Below, one piece after another: positions 15,001 to 20,586 of a DNA stretch of 64,000 bases. A model generated the notes under the pieces. The model saw only the letters and a program-made list of their open reading frames with translations. It did no database searches and was not told the origin of the DNA. The DNA is taken from assembly GCF_056746865.1 (NCBI RefSeq), contig NZ_CM163382.1; one strand, 5' to 3'. A program made the translations under genes and the position numbers. Position 1 is the first letter of the stretch. Each line of letters opens with the position of its first letter.

Positions 15001-17248
15001 CGCGCAGGTAAAAAGCTCGGCGGGCAACGGCAATAACGCCAATATTAGCAACGGCACGGTGACGGTTAACGCGGCGATTGATTACACACCGACCTGGACC
15101 ACCGCCAGCAAAACCACCGCCTGGGGGCTGACCTACGGCCTCGACACGCACGGAATGTGGACGGTGCTGGCAAACCAGCAGGTAATGCAATCGACTGACC
15201 CACTCACCTGGTCGAAGACCGCGCTGACGCTGTATCAGAGCGGCAACAACTACGCCACCAGCTCCATCGCCGATTACGACCGTAACGGCACGGGCGATCT
15301 GTTTATCACCCGTGATGACTACGGTACAGGCTATATCAACGGCTTTACCAATAACGGCGACGGCACCTTTTCCAGCGCTATTCAGGTCACCGTCGGCACC
15401 CTGACGTGGTACGGCTCGATTGTGGCATTTGATAAAGAGGGCGACGGCTATCTCGACTTCTGGATTGGCGACGCGGGCGGGCCGGACTCCAACACCTTCC
15501 TGTGGAACAACGCAGGTACGCTGGTAGGTAACTCCACTACGTCGAACAGCGGCGGTAGCGCCACGGTGGGCGGGGCGGTGACGGGGTATCTTTCGCTCAA
15601 CGAAGGTTCTGGCGTCGATCTGAACAATGACGGCAGGATCGACCTGGTTCAGCACACCTACAACCTGAACAACTATTACACGCTATCTTCGCTCATCAAC
15701 CAGGGGAATGGCACGTTTGTCTGGGGGCAGAACACCACCAATACCTTCCTGAGCGGGGCGGGTAGTGGCGCTATGAGCAGCAGCGTTTCTATGACCTGGG
15801 CCGATTTCGATGGCGACGGCGATATGGACCTCTTCCTGCCTGCCAGCCAGGGAAGAGCTAACTACGGCTCGCTGTTATTCAACACCAACGGCGTGCTGGG
15901 CAGTCCGGTGGCGGTGGGCGCAACGGCAACCACCTACGCCAGCCAGTTTAGCGTGGCGGTGGACTGGAACCACGACGGCCTGATGGATATCGCCCGTATC
16001 GCCCAGACCGGACAATCGTATCTTTACACCAACGTTGGTGGTGCCAGCAACTGGACACAATCGGCCCTCGGCGGCAGCCAGAGCGGTACCACCAGCGGCG
16101 TGGCGGCAATGGACTACGACTGGGACGGCGCGGTGGATGTACTGGTGACCAAACAGTCGGGCAGCGTGTTCCTGATCCGCAACACCAACACGGTGAGCTA
16201 CGGCACTTCGCTACACCTGCGCATCACCGATCCCAACGGCATTAACGTCTATTACGGTAATACCGTAAAACTGTATAACTCGGCGGGGGTGCTGGTCGCC
16301 ACGCAAATCATTAACCCGCAGTCGGGGATGGGGGTTAACGACACCTCGGCGCTGGTCAACTTCTACGGGCTGAATGCCGGAGAAACCTACAACGCGGTGC
16401 TGATCAAATCCACTGGCACCACCGCCAGCAATATCGACCAGACGGTCAACACCAGCTGGGGCGGCTTACAGGCCACCGATGCCACTCACGCTTACGACCT
16501 CAGCGCCGAAGCAGGCACCGCGAGCAACAATGGCAAGTTCGTCGGCACGGGCTATAACGACACCTTCTTTGCCACCGCAGGTACTGACACTTACGACGGC
16601 TCCGGCGGCTGGGTGTACAGCTCCGGCACCGGAACGTGGCTGGCAAACGGCGGCATGGACGTGGTTGATTTCCGCCTCTCGACGGTGGGCGTGACCGCGA
16701 ACTTAAGCAGCACCGCCGCACAGGCCACCGGCTTTAACACCTCGACATTTACCAATATCGAAGGCATTTCCGGCTCGAATTTTAACGACACTCTGACCGG
16801 CAGCAGCGGCGATAACCAACTGGAAGGGCGCGGCGGCAACGACACCCTTAACATCGGAAACGGCGGTCACGATACCTTGCTCTATAAATTGCTCAACGCC
16901 AGTGACGCTACCGGCGGCAACGGCTCAGACGTGGTGAATGGCTTTACGGTAGGGACATGGGAAGGCACCGCCGACACCGATCGCATTGATATCCGCGAGT
17001 TGTTACAGGGCAGCGGCTACACCGGCAACGGCAAAGCCAGCTACGTCAACGGCGTGGCAACGCTGGATGCGCAGGCTGGAAACATCGGTGATTTTGTCAA
17101 AGTCACCCAGAGCGGCAGCGACACCATCGTGCAGATCGACCGCGACGGCACGGGCGGCACTTTTGCGGCAACTAACGTGGTCACGCTGACGGGCGTGCAT
17201 ACCGACCTCGCCACTTTGCTGGCGAATCATCAGTTGATGGTGGTGTAG
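1..17248 (+). CDS. Giant T1SS-secreted repeat adhesin (SiiE/LapA/Bap-like), 5' partial; 5743 codons in window
   Basis: Reading frame is open from window start (frame 2) to the stop at 17248. About 12.8 kb of ~100-aa Ig-like repeats, then a second repeat class, FG-GAP/VCBS-like motifs, RTX-like Gly/Asp-rich repeats and an acidic C-terminus, with a T1SS ABC transporter gene 4 bp downstream. Confidence 0.9.
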   Translation, partial: IATDDVINAAEKGADLTLSGTTTNVEPGQTVTVTFGGKNYTASVASDGSWTATVPAADLASLPEGSASAQASVSNINGNSASAVHNYSIDSSAPTIIINTVASDNIVNASEADAGVTVSGSTTAEAGQIVTVTLNSPTVQTYQATVQADGSWSINIPAADLEALTDGSHTLTATVNDKAGNPASTTHNLAVDLTVPVLTINTIAGDDIINAAEHGQALVISGSSTGGEAGDVVTVTLNSKTYTTTLDASGNWSVGVPAADVTALGSGPQTVTATVTDAAGNSDNETHTVTVNLAAPTIGINTIATDDVINATEKGADLQISGTSNQPAGTTITLTLNGQNYTATTDAAGNWSTTVPASAVGALGEASYTVTANVTDSAGNSNSASHNVQVNTALPGVTLNPVASDDIINAAESGVAQTISGQVTGAAAGDTVTVTLGGKTYTATVQGNLSWSVDVPAADIQAIGNGDLTVNASVTNGVGNTGSGSRDITIDANLPGLRVDTVAGDDVVNSIEHSQALVITGSSSGLAAGAALTVVINTVTYAATVLADGTWSLGVPAADVGNWPAGTVNITVSGATSAGNPVTITHPVTVDLAAVAISINTVSGDDVINAAEKGADLTLSGSTSGVELGQTVTVTFGGKTYTATVAGDGSWTTSVPAADLAALRDGDATVQASVSNINGNTASATHAYSVDATAPTFAINTIATDDILNAAEAGNPLTISGSSTAEAGQTVTVTLNGVTYTGTVQADGSWSVSVPTADLSNLTASQYTVSASVSDKAGNPATATHGLAVDLTVPVLTINTVSGDDIINAAEHGQALVISGSSTGGEAGDVITVTLNSKTYTTTLDASGNWSVGVPLSDVTALGSGPQTITATITDAAGNSDDASRTVTVNLTAPTIGINTIADDDVINATEKGADLQITGTSNQPAGTTITVTLNGQNYTAITDASGNWSATVPASAVSALGEANYTVTANVTDSAGNSNSASHNVLVNSALPAVTINAVAADDIINAAEAGNAQTISGQVTGAAAGDTVTVTLGGNTYTATVQANLSWSVSVPAADIQAIGNGNLTVNASVTNGVGNTGSGSRDITIDANLPGLRVDTVAGDDVINSIEHNQALVITGSSTGLTAGTALTVEINNVTYGATVLADGTWSLGIPAADVSNWPAGTVDITVSGTNSAGTTSTITHPVTVDLAAVAITINTLSGDDVINAVEKGETLVVSGSTSGVEAGQTVTVTFGGKNYTTTVEANGSWTVNVPPADLAALPDGAGNVQASVSNINGNSAQADRAYSVDATAPLITINTIASDDTLNVSEAGAGITISGTTTAQAGQTLTVTLNNNTYQTTILADGTWSVNVPATDLSGLTASSYTVTATVSDKASNPASADHALAVDVTAPDLTINTVAGDDIINAIEHGQALVVSGTSTGAAAGDVVTVSLNGKNYTTTLDASGNWSVGIPAADVTALATGSQTITASLSDRAGNSDSATHNVTVDLSGPTLTISTVSGDDIINNAEKTQDLTISGGSSGLATGTTVTVMLNGLAYSATTDSSGNWSVTVPASAVGALGEAVYSISASATDSAGNSGSTTHTVNVESLLPGVIINTVAGDDIINAAEIVVAQTISGQVTGTAVAGNTVIVTIGGNQYNATVQSDLSWSVSVPANVLQALGNGELTISASVTNSANNTSTATHDIVIDANLPGLRVDTVAGDDVINSIEHTQALVITGSSSGLAAGAALTVVINSVTYGATVLADGSWSVGVPAADVTNWPAGTVNIAVSGTNTAGTTTSISHPVTVDLAAVAITINTLSTDDVINAAEKGSDLQLSGTTSDVEAGQTITVIFGGKSYTTTVAAGGTWGLTIPAADLATLPDGAANVQASVSNVAGNSAQATHAYSVDATAPSVTINTIATDDILNADEAGSALTISGTSTAEAGQTVTVTLNGVNYSGNVQADGSWSVSVPTGDLANLTASPYTVSAAVSDKAGNPASATHNLTVDLVAPVVTINTVAGDDIINATEHGQAQIISGSATGATTGNTVSVTIGTTTYTTVLDANGNWSIGVPASVISALAQGNVTITATVTDSAGNSGTASHTVSVALGAPILSINTIAVDDIINATEKGADLAISGSSNQPAGTQITVTLNGQNYTTTADASGNWSVTVPASRVSTLGEATYTVTAAATDADGNSGSASHNVQVNTALPGVTINVVASDDIINAAEAGAGQSISGQVTGAAAGDTVTVTLGEATYTATVQANLSWSVDVPASALQALGNGELTISASVTNSVGNTGNGTREITIDANLPGLRIDTVAGDDVVNIIEHGQALVITGSSSDLAAGSNVTLTINGQTYVAAVLADGSWSVGVPAVDVSAWPAGTVTITASGNTTAGNPVSVTHPVTVDLTAVAVSINAITADDVINAAEKGAALTLSGSTSGVEAGQTVTVTFGGKTYTASVAANGSWSTTVPATDMAALRDGDASAQANVSNVNGNSATTTHAYSVDATAPTVTINTIAGDDILNAAEAGAALTITGSSTAEAGQTVTVTLNGANYTGTVQTDGSWSISVPPADLSALTASNYTVSAAVSDKVGNPASVNHNLTVDTSVPVVTINTVAGDDVINATEHAQAQIISGSATGAATGSAVTVTIGTNTFTTVLDASGNWSVGVPASVVSALANGTVTINASVTDAAGNSGSATHLVTVNTGLPSITFNAISGDNVLNADEKGQPLTISGSSTGLATGAQVTVTLNGHNYSATTDAAGNWTLTVPVSDLAALGQANYIVSASATSAAGNIASSQANLLVDSGLPGVTINTVAGDDIINAAEAGADQTISGVVTRAAAGDTVTVTLGGNTYTTTVQGNLSWSISVPAADLQALGNGDLTINASVTNANGNTGSGTRDITIDANLPGLRVDTVAGDDIVNSIEHGQALVITGGSSGLNAGVPLTITINGTAYSATVQADGSWSVGIPATNVSAWPAGALTVDVAGQSSAGNPVSVSHPFTVDLTAVAISINTVASDDVINAAEKGTDLTLSGSTSGIESGQTVTVTFGGKTYTASVAANGSWSVNVPAADLATLPDGAANVQASVSSASGNSASATHAYSVDASAPTLTINTIASDDILNATEAGSPLTISGTSTAETGQTVTVTLNGATYSGNVQADGSWSVSVPPSALGALTASNYTVSATVNDKAGNPGSTSHNLAVDTTAPVLTINTVAGDDIINDAEHAQALVISGTSSGGEAGDVVSVVLNGKTYTSTLDASGNWSVGVPAADVTALGSGAQTITASVSDRAGNSDDASRTVTVSLSAPVISINTIAGDDVINATEKGSDLTLSGTSDQPAGTAITVTLNGQNYSATTDASGNWSVTVPASAVSALGEATYSVTASVTNAQGNSSTASHNVQVNTALPGVTINPVATDDIINAAEAGSAQTISGQVTGAAAGSTVTVELGGKTYTATVQADLSWSVSVPAADWQALGNGELTVNASVTNAVGNTGSGTRDITIDASLPGLRVDTVAGDDVVNIIEHSQAQVITGSSSGFAVGTALNVVINNQTYAATVLANGSWSVGVPATDVSNWPAGTLNITVSGANSAGTQTSITHPLTVDLTTVAVSINSITSDDVINAAEKGAALTLSGSTSGVEAGQTVTITFGGKTYTTTVAANGSWSTTVPAADMAALRDGDASAQVRVTNVNGNSATATHEYSVDSAAPTVTINTIASDNIINASEAAAGVTVSGTSTAQTGQTLTVTLNGTNYQTTVQADGSWSLTLPASDLTALANNGYTLTATVSDLAGNPGSASKGVTVDTTAPVISFNTVAGDDVINRVEHTQAQIISGTATGAVAGDRLVVTIAGQQYVTSTDASGNWSVGVPASVISGLADGTVTISATITDSAGNSSTQTHNVQVNTAAVSLSVSTISGDNIINAAEAGSALTLSGTGTNFAAGTVVTVLLNGKGYSATIQNNGSWSVNVPAADVAALADGTSYTVSASAQDSAGNSATASRSVAVDLTAPVISINTVSTDDRLNAAEQQQPLTLNGSTSAEVGQTVTVTFGGKTYTATVAANGTWALNVPAADLAALGQGAQTITASVNDRAGNPGQTTHALTVDTVAPTVTIATVAGDDIINNAEQLAGQTISGTTTAEVGQTVTVTFNGQSWTATVGSGGSWSVFIPAQQFAGLSDGSYTISATVSDQAGNPGSASRGVTLNGDVPSVTINTFAGDDVVNAAEHGSSLVISGTTTAPVGQTLTLTLNGKTYTTTVQTGGSWSYTLGSADVTALADGNAYVINASVSNAIGNTGSSNHTITVDLSAPAMGINIDSLQADTGLSSSDFITSVSPVVVNGSLTAALASNETAQISIDGGVTWTTLTVTGTTWRYNDSRTLTDGNYLYQVRVIDAAGNVGATDSQNVVIDTIAPDPAVKTIAISAITTDTGLITNDFVTSDTTLAVSGTLGAALSAGEFAQISIDGGTTWQNLSVSGLTWTYLDGRTLTDGNYNYQVRVIDTAGNIGATASQIVTVDTTAPLASKTIAIAGISDDTGLSSSDFVTRDTTLTVRGTLGAALAADERAQISLDGGVTWTTLTVIGTSWSYADGRTLTDGTWNYTVRVVDLAGNVGQTATQNVVVDTTSPEAAKSITITGISDDTGASSSDFITSDTSLTVRGVLGAALGANEFAQISTDNGATWVNVTVAADGLNWSYVDGRTLTNGTTTWQVRVVDLAGNVGATGSQSAQIDTVNPAQVLTIASISTDTGSSATDFITSDTSLTLTGSLGAGLASGEVAQISLDGGATWITLTTNGTQWTYTDSRTLTDGSYVYQVRVLDLAGNTGPVVSKTVVVDTINPTATPTIVSYTDDVGQRQGTLSSSQATDDTTPLLNGVLSGPLASGEVVYLYRNGLLLGAVTMVGALNWTYSDSGLVSGAYTYSARVVDLAGNITSSSDFVLMVDTSIPTTLAQITSQTTRDTTPIISGVITAALASGQYVEVVINGKTYTSEPGGAVVVDPAHNTWYVQLPDTDALAASATAYNVTAQVKSSAGNGNNANISNGTVTVNAAIDYTPTWTTASKTTAWGLTYGLDTHGMWTVLANQQVMQSTDPLTWSKTALTLYQSGNNYATSSIADYDRNGTGDLFITRDDYGTGYINGFTNNGDGTFSSAIQVTVGTLTWYGSIVAFDKEGDGYLDFWIGDAGGPDSNTFLWNNAGTLVGNSTTSNSGGSATVGGAVTGYLSLNEGSGVDLNNDGRIDLVQHTYNLNNYYTLSSLINQGNGTFVWGQNTTNTFLSGAGSGAMSSSVSMTWADFDGDGDMDLFLPASQGRANYGSLLFNTNGVLGSPVAVGATATTYASQFSVAVDWNHDGLMDIARIAQTGQSYLYTNVGGASNWTQSALGGSQSGTTSGVAAMDYDWDGAVDVLVTKQSGSVFLIRNTNTVSYGTSLHLRITDPNGINVYYGNTVKLYNSAGVLVATQIINPQSGMGVNDTSALVNFYGLNAGETYNAVLIKSTGTTASNIDQTVNTSWGGLQATDATHAYDLSAEAGTASNNGKFVGTGYNDTFFATAGTDTYDGSGGWVYSSGTGTWLANGGMDVVDFRLSTVGVTANLSSTAAQATGFNTSTFTNIEGISGSNFNDTLTGSSGDNQLEGRGGNDTLNIGNGGHDTLLYKLLNASDATGGNGSDVVNGFTVGTWEGTADTDRIDIRELLQGSGYTGNGKASYVNGVATLDAQAGNIGDFVKVTQSGSDTIVQIDRDGTGGTFAATNVVTLTGVHTDLATLLANHQLMVV
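2..12850 (+). repeat. Tandem array of ~300-bp (~100-aa) Ig-like domain repeats organised as a ~1.8-kb higher-order unit of six domain subtypes, at least 7 copies
   Basis: Recurring motifs (INAAEKGADLTLSG, TVTFGGKTYTA, INAAEHGQALVISG, INATEKGADLQISG, AQTISGQVTGAAAGDTVTVTLGG, VNSIEHSQALVITG) return in the same order. Antisense artefact ORFs recur at 1621, 3415, 5215, 7009, 8806 and 10600, giving a period of about 1797 bp. Confidence 0.85.
12851..14450 (+). repeat. Second class of ~105-aa repeats in the adhesin (about six copies)
   Basis: Repeated pattern DTGLSSSDFITSDTSLTVRGTLGAALAA.E.AQIS.DGG.TW..LTV.G..W.Y.DGRTLTDG.Y.YQVRV.D.AGN; two more degenerate copies follow to about 15050. Confidence 0.6.
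15270..16150 (+). repeat. FG-GAP/VCBS-like calcium-binding repeats (probable beta-propeller) in the adhesin
   Basis: Spaced Dx[DN]xDGxxD motifs: DYDRNGTGDLF, FDKEGDGYLDF, DLNNDGRIDLV, DFDGDGDMDLF, DWNHDGLMDIA, DYDWDGAVDVLV. Confidence 0.55.
16540..16890 (+). repeat. RTX-like glycine/aspartate-rich nonapeptide repeats preceding the C-terminal secretion signal
   Basis: GTGYNDTFFATAGTDTYDGSGG and GSNFNDTLTGSSGDNQLEGRGGNDTLNIGNGGHDTLLY resemble GGxGxDxUx repeats; the protein ends ...TLLANHQLMVV. Confidence 0.6.
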
Positions 17249-17251
17249 AGA

Positions 17252-19414
17252 ATGAAAAAAAATGCCCAGTCCGTGGAAGCCTGGCTGGAGGCGATGATCG
17301 CCGTGGCGCGTTATTACCGCCTTGATTTTTCTCAGGAGAATGTGCGCGCGACCGTCAACTGGGAGCGCGACAGTAAGCGGGAGGAGTTACTCACCGACAT
17401 GGCGCGGCAGTTGGGGATGGGGCTTCGGCTGGTGGAGTTCTCCACCGACTCGCTCAACCCGTGGCGGCTGCCGTTGATCGCCGTTTTTGATAATCAACAA
17501 ATTGGCGTGATCACCCGCCGTGACAATCACGACAATATCAGCATTCAGTTTAGCGGTGACGAAGGGCTGGAAACTACGCTTAACGTCGCGGATGTTGAGG
17601 ATAAAATCGTTGAACTGGCGCTACTGCGCCCGCTCAGCGCCATCCCTGACGCGCGGGTAGATGACTATATTCGCCCGTATCAGGCGAACTGGTTCTGGAG
17701 CCTTTCGCTAAAAGACTGGCGGCGCTACGGCGATATTATGCTGGCCTCGCTGGTGGCGAACGTGCTGGCGCTGGCGGCGATGATTTTCTCGATGCAGGTT
17801 TACGACCGGGTGGTTCCGGCGCAATCGTACCCGACGCTATGGGTGCTGTTCGCCGGGGTGATGATGGCGATCCTGTTTGAGTTCTGTATGCGCATGGTGC
17901 GCACACATCTTTCGGATGTGATCGGCAAGCGGGCGGATCTGCGCATTTCGGATCGCGTTTTTGGTCACGCATTACGGCTGAAAAATAACGTGCGATCGAA
18001 ATCCACCGGATCGTTTATCTCGCAGATCCGCGAGCTGGAATCGGTGCGGGAGCTGATTACTTCCACCACCATCGGCGCGGTGGCGGATCTGCCGTTCTTC
18101 CTGCTGTTTGTCTTTATTTTATGGATGATCGGCGGCTGGCTGGTGCTGGTGGTTTTGCTGGCGCTGCCGTTATTGGTGATCCCCGGCCTGCTGGTGCAAC
18201 GCCCGCTGGCGCGGCTGGCGAACGAAGGGATGCGCGAGTCGGCGGTGCGTAACGCTACGCTGGTGGAAGCCGTGCAGTCGATTGAAGATATTAAGCTGCT
18301 GCGCGCCGAACAGCGTTTTCAGAATCAGTGGAACCACACCAACGACGTGGCCTCGTCCATCAGCATGAAGCAACGTTTTCTCACCGGGCTACTGCTCACC
18401 TGGACCCAGGAAGTGCAGTCCATCGTTTACGTCGTGGTGCTGTTGGTGGGCTGCTTTATGGTAATGAACGGTGACATGACCACCGGCGCGCTGGTCGGGA
18501 CGACGATCCTGGCTTCGCGCACCATCGCGCCGCTGTCGCAGATATCCGGCGTGCTCTCGCGCTGGCAGCAGGCGAAAGTGGCGCGCAACGGACTTGATGA
18601 ACTGATGAAGCGCCCGGTGGATCAGCCGGAACACGGCAAACTGGTGCATAAAGCGGTGCTACACGGCAATTATCAGTTCAGCAACGCTATCTTTTATTAC
18701 GATGAAGAAGAGAAAATTGCCGATGTGGCGATTGGCAAACTCAACATTCAGGCCGGAGAGAAAATCGCCATTCTTGGGCGCAACGGCGCGGGTAAATCAA
18801 CGCTACTGCAAATGCTCGCCGGAATGCGTATCGCCCAGCAGGGGCAGGTGCTGCTGGATAACATCAGCATCGGTCAGCTTGATCCGGCGGATCTGCGCCG
18901 CGACATGGGGCTGCTGAGCCAGACCGGGAGACTCTTTTTCGGTTCGCTGCGGGAAAACCTGACGATGGGGATGCCGGAAGCCAGCGATGAAGATATCGAA
19001 CGCGCGTTAACCCTCAGCGGGGCGCTGCCGTTTGTGCAGAAGCAGAAAAACGGCCTCAACTACATGATTCAGGAAGGGGGATTTGGCCTCTCTGGTGGTC
19101 AGCGGCAAACGCTGCTGCTGGCGCGGCTGCTCATCTCTCAACCCAATATCGTGCTGCTCGATGAACCCAGCGCCTCGCTGGACGAAATGGCGGAAGCGCA
19201 TTTAATCGAACAACTGAAACAGTGGATTGGCCATCGCACGCTGATTATCGCCACTCACCGCACGGCGATGCTGCAACTGGTGGACCGCATTATCGTGATG
19301 GATCAGGGGCGGATTGTGATGGATGGCGCGAAAGAGGCCATTTTGCGTGAACAGAGCGAACCCACGGCGCGACGGGTGGTGTTGCAGGAGAAGAATAAGG
19401 GGTCTGCCGCATGA
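17252..19414 (+). CDS. T1SS ABC transporter (ATPase/permease, HlyB/LapB-like) with N-terminal C39-like domain
   Basis: 720 aa. Walker A GRNGAGKST, ABC signature LSGGQRQ, Walker B IVLLDEP and H-loop ATHR are present, with hydrophobic segments in the middle. Starts 4 bp after the adhesin stop and overlaps the next gene by 4 bp. Confidence 0.9.
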   Translation: MKKNAQSVEAWLEAMIAVARYYRLDFSQENVRATVNWERDSKREELLTDMARQLGMGLRLVEFSTDSLNPWRLPLIAVFDNQQIGVITRRDNHDNISIQFSGDEGLETTLNVADVEDKIVELALLRPLSAIPDARVDDYIRPYQANWFWSLSLKDWRRYGDIMLASLVANVLALAAMIFSMQVYDRVVPAQSYPTLWVLFAGVMMAILFEFCMRMVRTHLSDVIGKRADLRISDRVFGHALRLKNNVRSKSTGSFISQIRELESVRELITSTTIGAVADLPFFLLFVFILWMIGGWLVLVVLLALPLLVIPGLLVQRPLARLANEGMRESAVRNATLVEAVQSIEDIKLLRAEQRFQNQWNHTNDVASSISMKQRFLTGLLLTWTQEVQSIVYVVVLLVGCFMVMNGDMTTGALVGTTILASRTIAPLSQISGVLSRWQQAKVARNGLDELMKRPVDQPEHGKLVHKAVLHGNYQFSNAIFYYDEEEKIADVAIGKLNIQAGEKIAILGRNGAGKSTLLQMLAGMRIAQQGQVLLDNISIGQLDPADLRRDMGLLSQTGRLFFGSLRENLTMGMPEASDEDIERALTLSGALPFVQKQKNGLNYMIQEGGFGLSGGQRQTLLLARLLISQPNIVLLDEPSASLDEMAEAHLIEQLKQWIGHRTLIIATHRTAMLQLVDRIIVMDQGRIVMDGAKEAILREQSEPTARRVVLQEKNKGSAA

Positions 19415-20586
19415 ACGGACAACTGCAATACAACCGTGGCCTGACTGAACCCCGCTTGCCGCGTTCGGCGCTGGCGGTACGCGTTACCGCTGTGATGCTG
19501 CTCTGTTTTCTCGGCTGGGCGTGGTACTTCCAGCTTGATGAAGTCACCACCGGCAGCGGCACGGTAGAACCCTCCGGGCGCGAACAGGTGGTGCAGTCGC
19601 TGGAAGGCGGAATTCTGTATCATCTCGACGTCAAGGTTGGCGATATTGTTGAACAGGGCCAGCCACTGGCGCAGCTTAACCGCACCAAAACGGAATCCGA
19701 CGTCCAGGAAGCAATGTCGCGGCTGTACGCGGCGCTGGCAACCTCGGCGCGGCTGCGGGCGGAAGTGAGTAATAAACCGCTGGTCTTCCCTGACGAACTG
19801 AATAAATTCCCCGAACTTATCGAGTCGGAAACGGCGTTGTACAACACTCGCCGCGATGGGCTGAACAAAGCCACCACCGGGCTGACGCAGGGGATTAGCC
19901 TGGTCAACCGCGAACTGGCGATGACCCAGCCGCTGGTAAAACAGGGGGCGGCGAGCAGCGTTGAAGTGCTGCGCCTGCAACGCCAGGCCAATGAACTGGA
20001 AAACAAACTCAGCGACGTGCGCACGCAATACTACGTTCAGGCGCGCGAAGAGTTAGCAAAAGCCAATGCGGAAGTGGAAACCCAGCGTTCGGTGATCCGT
20101 GGACGGGAAGACTCCCTCACCCGGCTCAACTTTACCGCGCCGGTACGTGGCATTGTTCAGGACATTGACGTCACCACGGTTGGCGGCGTTATTGCCCCCG
20201 GTGGTAAACTGATGACCATCGTGCCGCTGGATGAGCAACTGCTGATCGAGGCAAAAATCTCCCCGCGCGATGTGGCGTTTATCCATCCGGGGCAAAAATC
20301 GCTGGTGAAAATAACCGCCTACGATTACTCCATCTACGGCGGCCTGCCGGGAGAAGTGGCGGTGATATCACCAGACACCGTGCAGGATGAAGTACGGCGC
20401 GATGTTTATTACTATCGGGTGTACATTCGCACTTTCAGCAACCATCTGGAAAATAAAAGCAAACAGCAGTTTCCGATATTCCCCGGTATGGTGGCGACGG
20501 TCGATATCCGCACCGGCAAAAAAAGCGTGCTGGATTATCTGTTGAAACCCTTTAACAAAGCACAGGAGGCGTTGCGCGAACGATGA
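19411..20586 (+). CDS. T1SS periplasmic adaptor (HlyD-family membrane fusion protein)
   Basis: 391 aa. N-terminal transmembrane helix ([20 protein letters not shown]), long coiled-coil-prone central region, C-terminal beta domain; start overlaps the ABC transporter stop. Confidence 0.85.
   Translation: MNGQLQYNRGLTEPRLPRSALAVRVTAVMLLCFLGWAWYFQLDEVTTGSGTVEPSGREQVVQSLEGGILYHLDVKVGDIVEQGQPLAQLNRTKTESDVQEAMSRLYAALATSARLRAEVSNKPLVFPDELNKFPELIESETALYNTRRDGLNKATTGLTQGISLVNRELAMTQPLVKQGAASSVEVLRLQRQANELENKLSDVRTQYYVQAREELAKANAEVETQRSVIRGREDSLTRLNFTAPVRGIVQDIDVTTVGGVIAPGGKLMTIVPLDEQLLIEAKISPRDVAFIHPGQKSLVKITAYDYSIYGGLPGEVAVISPDTVQDEVRRDVYYYRVYIRTFSNHLENKSKQQFPIFPGMVATVDIRTGKKSVLDYLLKPFNKAQEALRER

Noticed and set aside
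185-15655. Dozens of minus-strand and out-of-frame ORFs (60-350 aa) inside the adhesin gene, such as 4079..4915, 9461..10231, 12677..13312 and 14612..15655
   Set aside because: They are antisense or alternative-frame artefacts of a long GC-rich repetitive coding sequence; they recur with the repeat period and encode low-complexity Arg/Ala/Gly-rich products. The sense frame is a single uninterrupted ORF with coherent domain structure.
16479-17230. Small ORFs overlapping the adhesin 3' end (16479..16694, 16500..16721, 16591..16854, 16986..17189, 17003..17230)
   Set aside because: They are alternative-frame or antisense artefacts within the RTX and secretion-signal coding region of the adhesin.
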